Source: Thelocarpon superellum
Taxonomy: Eukaryota
DNA: 44,489 nt
Direction of reading: 5' to 3'
NCBI GenBank assembly: GCA_026025795.1
Contig: JAPEUG010000110.1
Coordinates: 1 to 44,489 of the forward strand
Positions 32,721 to 44,150 of this stretch are shown piece after piece. The first letter of the stretch is position 1; each line of letters opens with the position of its first letter. Below the pieces are notes generated by a model. That model saw only the letters and a list, made by a program, of their open reading frames with translations. It was not told the DNA's origin and made no database searches. A program made the position numbers and the translations under genes.

Positions 32721-35190
32721 GGTGCAGAGTGTGGACGTGGAAGAGGACTTGCACAGCTCGCTCGCAGGCGGCGGGGCCGGTGGTGTCGTCGGTGCAGTCG
32801 TGACGGACCGGAGGCGAGAGACCGGACGGGCGGGTGGCAGCACGACAGACTCGCCGTGGAGGGAGAGAGGGCTAGGATGGTGAGCACATGAGATCGTGAA
32901 CCAGACTAAGAGACGAGGCACTGGAGCACCGGAGAAATGGAGCAATGGAGCAATGGAGCAATGGAGAGATGGACTGGGCGGACCTACTCAGCCAGCGTGG
33001 CGGGAAAGGTGCACGCGGACGCTGTCGTCGGGACTGCGTCAGTGCCGAGCGCTTGCCGGAATGCAAGCGGAGCGGTGACGGTGAAAGCGGCGAGCGGTTG
33101 ACATGACACGCAGAAGAATGAAACCGTTGGTCATGCAGGGGATGAAAGCAGCGACCGCGGTCGACGAGAGGGCAGACGCAGGAATCACGGCGTGTGGATC
33201 ATCATGATGACCGACGGAGAGCAGGCGGGGCGATGGGGCGAGTTGAAGCTGAAGCGGCTCGATCCAGGTTGATCCCGAAGCTTCTGAATCAGCGGCATCG
33301 GTGAGCTCTGCCTGCTGGCGGACGAGCCCTCCTACCCTGCGGGTACGGGATGGGCGAGCGGCGAGCAGCGAGCAGCGAGCAGCGATTCTACTCGCCGCCT
33401 CGCCCATTCATCCGCATCCGCATCCGCATCCGCATCCGCAGTAAGCCGCCGTCTCGTACTCATACGAGCGCATCCCACACCATCCGGCGCGCTCGCTACG
33501 AGCAACATGCCGTTACGTCCCGGAGGCGATCCGACCGGCAGGCAGAGGGCAAACATCGCCTAAAATCGGTCCGGTCGCGTCACTACTGAGGCCCCGACGA
33601 GGTCGCGGGTGCCACTGGCGACCCTAGCGACGCAGCTAGACAACACTAGATCGACGGGGTGAGGGTGCCCGCCCGCGGCTCCACGCCACGCGGTCGGTGC
33701 CCAGGGTGGTCCGTAGATAATGCCGCCGTGCACCCAATCATGGCGGCGCAACGCGGTCAGTCCCTGCCCCACGTCGGCAGCATCATGACGCCGTCGCCGC
33801 TCATTCGCTCGACGGGTCATGATGCCACCGGGAGAGGGCAATGGTGCCCCGCTCACGCCGAACAAAGAGACGCACGGAACCGCTGGCGTTGGGCGCGGCC
33901 CGCTCGTGACGGAGCTGCAGTGGCTCCCGACCCACTCTGCGCGTGAGCACAGACCAACATCACGCTGAGCGTGGACCATGCGCTGGAAGTGGCGGCCCAA
34001 GGGCTATCGCGGGCGATGGAGGAAGTGGGGATGGGGACCAGATGCTTTCGTGCGGAGGGCGGTGGTGGAAAGGATGGGCAAGCTGTGACCGGGCATGAGG
34101 CGTGGATGTCATCGTCATGGACCTTGTCGTCGTCATCGACCTCGCCAGGCACCGCCGAGCGGACGTGCGGGTCAACCAAGCGACCGTCGGCCGCAACGGC
34201 TGAATCCTTCTCGCTTGCCGTAGATCACACCACCGCGAGGTTCTAGGGTACCGTAGGATTTCGGCGACCGTACTACGGCAGGCGAAAACCTCAGCGACCG
34301 TGATCCTCCCACTGATCGATCTGGCCGTCACGATGTCTGTTCTCGCGGGTCTTGGAGCGTCATCCATGTCCCAAAACGCTTAGAGAAATCTCGTTAACAA
34401 AACCGCAGTAGCGCCCCCCCCGCACTCGTCACGTGACCGATGAGATACAGCCTCAGGACCAGGTTCAGCGGAATCACGGCCCAGGATCCGGGCGTTTGCG
34501 CGCCATCTCAAGTCCTGGCGGCTCCCTGGCGTTGCGCAAGGGGCGCACAAAGGCGGGAAAGCTAGGGCCCAATCGGGTAAGGTGACGCTGTCGATGAGTA
34601 AGAATACGGCAAGGTAGTGCGCGCGGGATAGCTAGGGAGCCTGTCGGTCACCGTATGGAGAAGGGGTCGCGCTGGAGTCCGCCGTAGTGTCTCCGGCGGC
34701 GGGTTGGGACGTCGAAGTGCAGAACCCGGCACAGGCGGCAAGTTGCAGGTACGGTGGAGCAAAGAGCGGTGGGGTGATGGAGGTACGGTGAGATACGGTG
34801 GAGGCGAGAGTTGTAGCGTGACGAATAGGGTGGCGAAAACTTATGAAAGTGCACTATGTCGTGCATTAGGGCGGAGACGAAGGCCTGCAGGTGCAGAGCC
34901 CTACCATGCCAAAAAGGTTGCTACGTGACACAGAATTTCATGAGGATTTCATGAGGGCCACTCAACTTCTTTTCTCACGTCACACCAGGTTCAATTAGGG
35001 TAGGGAGAACTGCACAGAAGCGCACAATCACTCGAGATGGGTAACACAAAGTAGAATTCAGGTAGGGAAACACGTCGAGTAGCGCAGGAAAGTAGCTGCG
35101 AAGATCCCCGAGGTTACACCAAGTGGAAGTTGGAATTAAGGCGGTGAAAACCTTGCAGAGGTGCAGAACGGTACCACGACCTTTTCCAGT

Positions 35191-35322
35191 TACACACGTA
35201 CGCCACCGAGGTGGTGAAAATTAAGGTGGTGAAAACTTTCCAGTAGTGCAATGCAGTACACACGTACGCCATCGAGGTGGTGAATATTAAGGTGGCGAAA
35301 ACTTTCCAGTAGTGCAGTGCAG
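35191..35322. repeat. 66-bp direct tandem duplication upstream of the PDCD5 homologue
   Basis: tacacacgtacgccaYcgaggtggtgaaWattaaggtggYgaaaactttccagtagtgcaRtgcag at 35191 and 35257, with 4 mismatches. Confidence 0.9.
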
Positions 35323-35490
35323 GTTTACGGCGAGAGCACAAGGGCCTAGAGCGCAGCATAGTTGCCTCGTATTCCGGCGGCTCCAGATCCTCCACGAGCG
35401 CAAAACGTCACATCCGCAGGTCATTTGGGACCTCAGCGCTCCACCGTCTGGTCGTACGCATTCCCACGTGTGCAGATCACCCAGCACATC

Positions 35491-36136
35491 ATGGCCGACG
35501 CCGATCTTGAGCAGGTGAGTGGTCGGTGACATGCATGCGCGCTTGGTGGGGCGTGGTGGGAGGGGGGGGCGCTGACGTGCGGGGACAAGATTCGCCAGGC
35601 GCGCCTTGCGCAGCTACAACAACAACACGGTGCGGCGGGCGGCGGCGGCGGCGCGGGGGGAGGAGGTGGTGACGCTTCGGCGGACCAGAAAAGGTAGGTG
35701 TGGTGCTGGATGGGAGGATGGCCGGGTGGAAAGCTTCTCCTCCATCACGCTCGACGGGCACTAACTGCGGCGGCGTGTCTAGGCAACAAGAGGGTAGGCC
35801 CCGCCGTCCATGGCTGGGAGACACCAGAGCAAAAGCGCATCTAAGCTGACGCCACGCCTTCTAGCTGATGCACGGCAGTCGATCCTCTCGCAAATCTTGT
35901 TACCCGACGCAGCCGACCGGCTGGGACGGATCCGACTGGTCAAGGAGTCGCGCGCGGTGGAGGTTGAGAATCGGCTCATCATGCTGGCCAGGTCGGGCCA
36001 GCTCCGGCAGAAGGTGACGGAGGAGCAACTCAAGGAGCTCCTGAATGCTGTGGCCGAGACCAAAGACGAAGCACGCATCGTCGTCAGCCGGCGCAAGGCG
36101 GGGTGGGACGACGACGACGATCTACTGGATCTCTGA
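35491..36136 (+). CDS. PDCD5/TFAR19 (Sdd2-like) double-stranded DNA-binding protein
   Basis: Exons 35491-35514, 35590-35693, 35783-35793 and 35865-36136. MADADLEQIRQARLAQLQ..ARQSILSQILLPDAADRLGRIRLVKESRA..VENRLIMLARSGQL..KVTEEQLKELL..IVVSRRK..DDDD. Confidence 0.93.
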
Positions 36137-36643
36137 GGACGTATGCCATCTTGATTGGACGCGATGGCATGGCTACCGGCTGGGAGGAGGGAGACGCCGC
36201 AGCATTCCCCTCATCTCTGTTCTCCTCTGCCCCTCTCTCTCTACTGTCTACGCGGCCGGGCATGCCGCTGGAGGTGGCATCTCTCCGGAGCAGGTCGAGG
36301 CGGATGGATGAAAATGCCGGCTGAGGGTGCTGTCGACGTGGGCACTACGCTGCACGCAGCTTTTCACTCGTCCCGTAGTGCCAACGAGGCTGATGCGCCC
36401 GTGCCACTCCTTCACGTCGAACAGGGATCCAGCGTCGTGGACCGAGCGTCTCTTTGTGCTCCCAAGTGGCCTGCAGCGCAGGTCGGTCGAGGCGAGACCG
36501 AGCGGTGCATGCTGGACCAATCGGCGTGGTGGAGGGTGGGGCCAGCTGCGTGATGGAGGGAGGCGATGGCGAGGCGTGGGAGGAGCGATCGGTCGAGCCT
36601 ACCGAGATGGACGGCGGAGGGGAGACGGGGCACTAGTGACCGT

Positions 36644-36645
36644 GA

Positions 36646-36676
<31 letters not shown>

Positions 36677-36697
36677 CGTAGACCGTGGACCGTGGAC
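36644..36697. repeat. (CCGTGGA)n heptamer repeat
   Basis: About 7 imperfect copies. Confidence 0.85.
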
Positions 36698-37051
36698 GCG
36701 GGCAGGGCCAGGGGGCAGGGGGCAGGGAGCAAGCAGCAGCGAATGGAGGCGGTCGGAACGAGCGACCGCGGCCACTTGCATCGTGCAGCACTGCTCTCCA
36801 TCTGCCGACGAAAGTAGGGAGGATGCAAGGCAGGCATGCCATGGCTTGTCGGCCGAGACATTAGAGCGGGCGCGATCAGAATCATCGCCATCTGGGCGAG
36901 GCATGCGCTGTGAATGAAGGGGGCCCAGGTTAGTCGGGTCGTACAGATCCGTCGCGCCCTCCGGCCCGGCCGGCCGCGACGAGGGAGGGTAGAAGCGAGG
37001 GCAACGGGCCCTCGCAACGATGCGGTGCAGCTCCATCTTCGGCATGCCGAG

Positions 37052-37117
37052 AGAGAGACGAGGGGAAGCCGAAGAGAGACGAGGGGAAGCCGAAGAGAGA
37101 CGAGGAGAAGCCGAAGA
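37052..37117. repeat. 21-bp tandem repeat (GAGAGACGAGGRGAAGCCGAA), 3 copies
   Basis: Directly visible. Confidence 0.85.
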
Positions 37118-38140
37118 GCGTCACGGCGATGGAGCAGGCGTGCCGAAGGACGAAGGACGGTGGCCGGCGGGGGCAGGCTCGGGCAAGGCCTGACTCGGAG
37201 GAGGGTGCAGCGACGAGGGCGGGGATGGTGGGCGACGGCGCCGGGAGCATCCAGTGGGTTCCGATATGCGCGGTGGCGCGCTAGGCGATCCCTCCACGTT
37301 ACACCCACCGCCGTCCGGGGGGCGACCTCACGCACCGGGGCCGCGGCGAGGATTCCGTGTCGCAATGGCCTGCAGCTGCTGCACTTGCTGCAGTGCAGCA
37401 CACGCCACGCCACGCCACGCCAGACCGCGCCGACGCTCGCGGAGGCAGCTCCTGGTCGGATGGGAGGGGGAGGAGGGAGGGGGAGGAGGGAGGAGGGACG
37501 GCCAAGGGACAGGAGGGGGGGCGTTGGGCGTTGGGCGTTGGGCGTCAGGCGTCGGCCCGTTCGCTTACGCCGGCGTGCGACCGGCGGCGGGCATGGATCA
37601 GGCTGGCAGCTGCCAGACCAGGACTATCGGGACTACCGGCACTACCGGGACTATCGTCTGCGATGCATCCTCGTCACCGCCGCCGACGAATCGCAACGAG
37701 CCGCGCGTGATGGTGGTGACGGTGTCGCGCCTCTCGCTCGCCGCCGCGGCGATGGTGCAGGGAAGGCGTGGAGGGTGCCGAGCACCTCCGCTGGCCACCC
37801 CACCGCCCGCCGCTCGCCGCCCACCGCCAGTGCACCGATGGCCGCATCGCTGCATATCTCGGTCTGCATCTGTCGGCGGCGCTGCATCTCTCCTCGTTTA
37901 GAGCGCCGGTGGCGTGCCAGTGCGGTCCCTTCGATATGTCACCCGACGCTTGGAGCGCCCCACTCGCTGTAGGAGGGCCAGAGATTACCATGCAGCCTGC
38001 ATGTGTAACGCGTGGACAGGAGGGTGGAGGTGGAGGTGGAGGTGGAGAGGGTGGTGGAGAGGGTGGTGGAGAGGGTGGGCCGGTCGTCTCCACCGTGGGC
38101 CCTGTGCTCGCCGTGCCGGCCCCGAGAGGGGTCCAGGAAT

Positions 38141-38150
38141 GTTATATAGA
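38141..38150 (+). promoter_or_regulatory. Candidate TATA box for the 38578 gene
   Basis: An isolated TATATA in GC-rich DNA, followed by a CT-rich tract (38190-38260), about 430 bp before ATG 38578. Confidence 0.4.
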
Positions 38151-38577
38151 GGAGGAATGAAGCCCTCCGTCGATCGGCGGTGTCGCCGGCATCTCCCTCC
38201 CCACTCCGCTCCTCGTCCTCGTCCTCGTCCTCGCCCCTCCGCTTTGTGACTCTGCCTCTGACCCCCCGCGCCCACGACCTGACCGGCCAGGCCCCAGCGT
38301 AAAGTGTCCTCGATCGTGTCTCCCGTCACAATCGCGCTGGGCACCTTTCCCGTCATCGCATCAGCCTCGTCCTCGTGCCTGTGTGTTGTGCGTGCGTGTC
38401 GTGCGTGTCGCGCGTGTGTGTTGTGCGTCTCGTGTTTCACTCCATCGCAAATCGACATCCGCTCGCGTGCCTCTTGCGTCGACGGATCGCAGTTCGTCGT
38501 CGCCGTCGTTGCGTCTGTGCTGCTCCACTGCGATCCTTGCGCCCTCGTGGCTCCACCGGCCGCCGTTCCTCCTCGAC

Positions 38578-40908
38578 ATGGTCGGCTCTCCAGGCAGAGG
38601 CCGAGGCCGAGCAAGAGGAAAGGGCCGCGCCCAGGCACCGTCGGCCGCGGAGAAAGGGAAAGGTCGTGCCCAGACGACCCCTCCGCCAGAGCCCACGAGC
38701 AGTCGACCGCTACCCTTCCCAGCCCCGGCCCCCGCTCGCGGAAAGAGTCGCGCCCCGGCGGCGGCGAAGCCTTCCGCCGCCGACAAGGGCAAAGGGAGGG
38801 CCGACGCCGTGACCCCGCCCCCGTCCCCGCAGCCGGAACCATTCGCCCAGCCGGACGTCGCCGCCGAGCCAGGCCCATCGGCGCTGCCCGAGGGAGAAGT
38901 CGAGATCGTGGCCGTGACGACGGCCAAGGCCTCGGCCGCGGCGAGGAAAGCGCCGGCGCCCATTCCCATGCGTCTGCTGATCCCCGGCAGGCCCAAGGGA
39001 GAGCCCGAGACCAAGGGTGCCTGGCGGGACCCCTACCTCTGGCTGGACCCGGCCAAGTGGCCGACCTTCCCGCCCATCGAGGCCTTTGCCTACCACGGGC
39101 CGGGACTGGAGTACAAGCCCGAGTTCGGCATGAACGCGGAGCTCCGCGTGTGTATGAAGGTGTGCAATCACCACGTGCCGGGCCCGACCTTCCGGAAGCA
39201 CATCATCCTGGCCAACAGCGTGGCGCAGCAGCTCCTGGGCCGCGACTACCGCGAGGGCGTGCACCCGCTCCACTACGACTGCATCCACGTCGCCGTCGAC
39301 TTTCTGGACAAGGACAAGTCGTGGGCGTGGGTCGTCTTTGACTACAACGTCGTGCGCGAGATCAGCCGGCAGGAGATCCGCTCCATCCCCCACAAGTGCT
39401 ACACCGCCATCAGGCGCGGCGGTCAGCTGTAAGACCCCGCCCCGCCCCGCCCCGCGGGGGGACCCCCCCGACCCCCCAAGCAGGTGCATGTCGCTCACCC
39501 ACCTCGATAGACTCTACATGGAGAGGCAGCACAATCTCCCGTTTGCCAAGGACTACTCCAATGGCTACATCTGGGGCGGCTCGGGCCTGCAGAAGCGCAT
39601 CCGCCGGCTGCGCCCCGAGACGGCCGAGATCGCGCGCCGCGAAGACGAGATCCATGCGCAAGCCGAGGCCGCGGACGAGGCCCGCGGCGCCGCCCGCAGC
39701 GCCGCCCGGGCGCGGTCCGGCTCGCCGTCCGGGAGCCCGCCGTCCGGAGCGGCCAAGCGCGACCGACGCGGCAAGACCGTCCGCATCGTCACCCCGCCCC
39801 CGCTCTCGCCCCCCGCCGGCCCCGCCCCGCCCTCCGCCGACACCTTCGCCCCGCAGCTGCCCTTCTCCGGTGGCGCCTTTGCCGGCATGGGCCAGCCGGC
39901 CCAAATGCCCGTCTTCGGCTCCATGACGCCCAACTCCCCCGCGTCCTTCACCCACCTCACCGCCGCCGCCCCGCCGCCGCCCGCGGCCTTTGACACGTAC
40001 TATGCCGACTCCATGGGTCGCGTCCACGCCGTGAACCCCTACCCCCTGACGCAGGCCGCGGCGGCCATGTACGCTTCCGCGCCCATGGATCCCTACTCGG
40101 CGCTGGTGCACCCGCCCTCCAGCGGGGCAGCCTTTGCCCCCATGGCCCACGCCGGATACTCGCCCATGCCGCCGCAACTGTCCGAGGAGCCGCAGCACAC
40201 GCCGCAGCAACAGCAAGCGCAACAGTCCCTGGTCCCGCCGCCATCGTACCTGCCGTCCATCGACACGACCTCGTACCAGTTCGGCGAGGTGCCGCCGCAG
40301 TCGCAGTCGCAGCCGCTGGAGCCGCGTGCGCCGACGTCCATGTCCGCCTCGGAGATGATCAAGCTCAATTCCTATGTCCAGTCGATCAAGTACCAGCCCG
40401 TCGGCGGTCCGGGCTCGCCCGTCTCTAGCGTCAGCTCCGAGTCGTCGTCGCGCACCGTGCGTCCGAGCCGGGGCCGGGACCTGGCGCTGCACGTCCTATG
40501 CGAGACCACCACCACCACCACCTCGTCGGACCCGACCGCGAGCACCGGGGCCATGGTGACGACCACCACGCACACCAACGGCCCGGCCCTCATGAACGCC
40601 ACCGAGACGGCCGCCATGGACGTCGACGTCCCCTACAGCTACTGCTCGCCCGAGCAGGCCGCGCTGACGCCCAGCTCGCCTTATGGCTCCGTCCCGTCCA
40701 TCCTCCCGGCCTCGGCGTACGGCTTCGGCTCGCACTTTGGCGATTCCCAGACCGTCATCCCGATGGACACCGTCATCCGCGCGGCGCCGCTGCCGCGCTC
40801 CTTGAGCACTCTGCCGCTGCGTTCGTCCGTCGAGACGGCCCCGATGGCTTCTCCTGCTCCGCCCCTGACTCCGTATCATCATCACCATCACAGCCTCCAG
40901 AGTCGCCC

Positions 40909-40945
<37 letters not shown>

Positions 40946-41059
40946 TCGCAGCAGCCATCGTCTCAATTCTCTTCTCGCATGAGTGCTCAGCCCACCGTGC
41001 AGCCGCTCGACCAGCCACCCATCGAGACGCTGTGGCAGCCGATGAACTTGGACCGCTAA
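38578..41059 (+). CDS. Hypothetical protein: Pro/Ala-rich N-terminus, central globular domain, long Pro/Ser/Gln-rich tail with polyH and polyQ
   Basis: Exons 38578-39428 and 39511-41059; intron 39429-39510 (gtaaga..ctcac..tag) joins the two ORFs in frame. Strong C/G third-position codon bias. Confidence 0.85.
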
Positions 41060-41806
41060 GGTCGTGCGTCAGGTTGTTTTGGAATTAAGCTTCGTCAAGA
41101 TTAGTGTGCGCGATGGAACAGCGAAGGACTCAGGATAGGATAGGATTGGACAGGATAGGATGGGATGGAATAGCGCTTGACAGGTACGAGGTGTGCATTG
41201 GAAGCTTGATTGGGACGGTATGGATTGGACACATGGCAGGAAGGACAAGGACAAGGACAAGAAGGTACAAGGACACGGACAAGGACAAGGAGGAGTAAGG
41301 ACACGGACACAGGGAAAGAAAGGAAACGGAAGGGAAGGAAACGAAAAGAGGAGGAGTCACGGCCCGATTGCGCATCGTCTCTTTCTCTTCTGATTCTCGT
41401 CCTTTCTCTCTCTCTTGGCCAGCGACACGACTGTCGATCCACGAAACGGCCGACAAGCAACAAACAACACGAAAACCCGAAGAGGAACCAAAAAAAGGGG
41501 AGAGATACACGCAAGGAGGATATGATTACGGCCACTGCTGATTCCTCTCCTGGTCCCTTTCCTTCCCCCTTTCCTTGTCTTACGGCCGTCATCGTTCCGC
41601 TGCTTCCGAAAGCCATGCCAAAACCAAAAGACAGTAACGAGTAACGAAACGCGTGTGCACCCGAGTACGAGAATGAGATGGCAACGAATCGCAATGAAGA
41701 TTGTTTTCGTTTCAATTCTCCTCTCATTCCTACCCCGAGGAATCGAAGGGCCCCAATCCCATTTGCGCCGTCGCTACATCGCCATAGATATGGATGCTAC
41801 TGTCTC

Positions 41807-43243
41807 TTATATCGGCGCCACCCAACTAGGCTGGTTCCATTCCGGCAGGCACTTGAGCTGGCCCGGCGGCTGGGCAGTCCAGTTCATCGTGGTCGCCACG
41901 GTTGGGTCGTTGACGTCGACGTGGTCCTCGATCAGGCCATGCTTCGTCGCGACCAGCGCAGCGATCTCATCGGTGTAGGCCACGTTCACCGTCGGCACGA
42001 TCTGGATCTTGCCGCGCTTCATGCGCCACAGATCCATGCAGAACAGCAGGGGTTCGCCAAAGGTGCACTCGTCCGGAGCAGGGCCGCGGAAGTGGAGCTC
42101 CTCGGCGATGATGGGCGCGCCTTGGAAGGCGGCGATACCATTCCAGCACGAGTAGACTTGCACAGGCTCCCGCCGTTCGTACTGCGCCTTGCGCGGTGGA
42201 TCATCCCAGAAGAGATTCTCGCGGAACTGCCAGTTCCCACTCTGAGGAATCTCAAAGAAGGTGTCGCCCGTCATACTGCGCGCCATGCTGCTGTCATAGA
42301 AGGTCTGGGCCTCTTCGCCAACCCAATCCATGCCGCAGGACATGTCGGCACCTTGGTGCTGGTGCTGGAGCACCAGTTCCAGCACTTCGTGGGGGCAGAT
42401 TGAGATGTCGTTGGAAAAGACGATGGTCGGGTCGGCCACGAAGAGGCTCGGGTGGGTCGTCAAGGGCACCAGCGCCTGGTTCCGCAACTTGGCCAGCCGT
42501 GCGTATCGCTGGTCCACCCGACCCGCCGCCCAGGCCCGCGCGGGGTCCAGGGCGGACCGGTCGAGAAAGAAGCGGGCGCCCAGGGCCTCGACTCGCTCGC
42601 CCATGGCCTGCAGCGTTTCCAGCGTGCCATCGCCCATGGACAGGCCCTCGACGACGGAGAGGGCGCAATACTCGGGCCCCAGGAAGGCCATCACTTGCAC
42701 CATCGTCCCCATCAGCCGTGGCAGCAGGTGCGCCACCTGCTTCAGGTTCAAGGCGAAAAAGTATTTGATCTTCGGCTCCGGCTTGCCGACGATCATCTGC
42801 CAGGGACCATCCGGCTCCCTGTCGGCGCCGAGTCGGAGCCCGTGGTATCGTTCGCCGATGGAACGCGGACACCTGCGACGAGGGACGGCGGTGTCACCGG
42901 GATCCATGATGGCCTGGACGTAGCGTGCAATCTCATCCTCCGATTTGAAGGTGGGAGTCTCGGCGAGCGACGGGGCTTCATCAGCATCAGGGCCGGGGAC
43001 GGCATTGCCCGACTGGTTCTCCGCACGCTGCGGGTCCAGATCGGCCGCGTGCCGTAAATCGACCGGCGATCGCCCTCGTGCACGTGTACATCCTCGCAAG
43101 GAGCGCGGATGAAGACGTGATGACGACGACGAGGATGAGTCACAACGCCGGAAGTGTGCGTAAGGGATCAGGAAGAAAGCGATGAAGAGCACCAGGCCAA
43201 GGGCCAAGGACCGGCTCAGTCGAGGAACAGACCGAGAGAGCAT
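41807..43243 (-). CDS. Alpha-1,3-mannosyltransferase of the CMT1/CAP59 family (GT69), type II membrane protein, intronless
   Basis: N-terminal signal anchor LALGLVLFIAFFLIPY. Motifs: KYFFALNL..LLPRL, CALSVVEG, LAKLRNQALVPL, IVFSNDISIC, ADMSCGMDW, FYD..ARSMTGD, VQVYSCWNG, CTFGEP, VPTVNVAY. Confidence 0.9.
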   Translation of the reverse strand: MLSRSVPRLSRSLALGLVLFIAFFLIPYAHFRRCDSSSSSSSRLHPRSLRGCTRARGRSPVDLRHAADLDPQRAENQSGNAVPGPDADEAPSLAETPTFKSEDEIARYVQAIMDPGDTAVPRRRCPRSIGERYHGLRLGADREPDGPWQMIVGKPEPKIKYFFALNLKQVAHLLPRLMGTMVQVMAFLGPEYCALSVVEGLSMGDGTLETLQAMGERVEALGARFFLDRSALDPARAWAAGRVDQRYARLAKLRNQALVPLTTHPSLFVADPTIVFSNDISICPHEVLELVLQHQHQGADMSCGMDWVGEEAQTFYDSSMARSMTGDTFFEIPQSGNWQFRENLFWDDPPRKAQYERREPVQVYSCWNGIAAFQGAPIIAEELHFRGPAPDECTFGEPLLFCMDLWRMKRGKIQIVPTVNVAYTDEIAALVATKHGLIEDHVDVNDPTVATTMNWTAQPPGQLKCLPEWNQPSWVAPI

Positions 43244-43954
43244 CGTGACACCAACGCGGCAAAGGAGAGCACGGAAAGGAGGGAAAGGGAGGAAGCCTCG
43301 AGACTGACGCGAGGGCCGGGCGGTCGAAAGTGTGGGGAGACGGAAGGGAGATGGAGCGTGGGACTCGAAGCCGTGGCACGGTCGGAGAGCTATATGGTCC
43401 CGGGAAAGAGCGAGGTGGACCGCTCAGCACTGCCAGCGTCTGCTGCTCCTCGTCTTCCATGGCAGAGAGCATCGCCGCGTTTCTGATTCAAAGTATTCAT
43501 GCACCTTGGCCGCGTCAGATCCGTGACGTTTCTGTCCTGCGGGAGAGGGACGGCGAGGACGGCATGGAGATTGCTCGCTTCTCCTCTCGCCACCTTGGCA
43601 AGCCTCGTAGGACGTTCATGCCGAACTGCCGGGAAAAGGAGCGGTGTGATTGGTTTGGGCATATTCCAGCTCACGTCAGGGCATTGACGCATTATGCTGC
43701 ATAGCTATAATTGGAGCGTTCCGGGCTACCTACTTCGTCAACGGGGAGCCCTCGACGATGCTACTTGGAAGATCCTTACTGATATGATAGTAAATGCACT
43801 GGAGCATCTACTTGGTTACCAAGGAGCCCTCCATCAGCTGTGCTAGTGTGCGGATAAGGAGGATTGTCAGTCAGGGCAGCCGCGGGTTGTGCGTCGACTG
43901 GTTCCCGCGGTTAAACACGCCTGTGACGGTCTTTTCGCTGGGCTTATGGGCTTA

Positions 43955-44150
43955 CGAACTACTACTCGTACTACAAGTAACCACCGTTACTACTAGTAAC
44001 GGTGGTTAAGTACTACTAGTACTACTAGTAGTAGTACTACTTATTACTACTAGTACTACTAGTAAAGCAGTAGTAGTAGTTGGTAAGGCCACAGCTCTCG
44101 CAGTAGTATAGCAGTACTAGTAGTTGGCAAGGCCACAGCTCTCGCAGCGC
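43955..44150. repeat. AT-rich (CTA/TAG)n low-complexity island with a short direct repeat
   Basis: tactactagt units, and tagtagttggYaaggccacagctctcgcag present twice (near 44074 and 44118). Confidence 0.85.

Noticed and set aside
33040..34400. ORFs of 100-150 aa upstream of SEC2
   Set aside because: No family motifs or codon bias; more likely 5' UTR and promoter with short repeats such as (CATCCG)n.
36327..38380. ORFs of 200-350 aa between PDCD5 and the polyQ gene
   Set aside because: Arg/Gly/Pro-rich translations of GC-rich, repeat-laden non-coding DNA.
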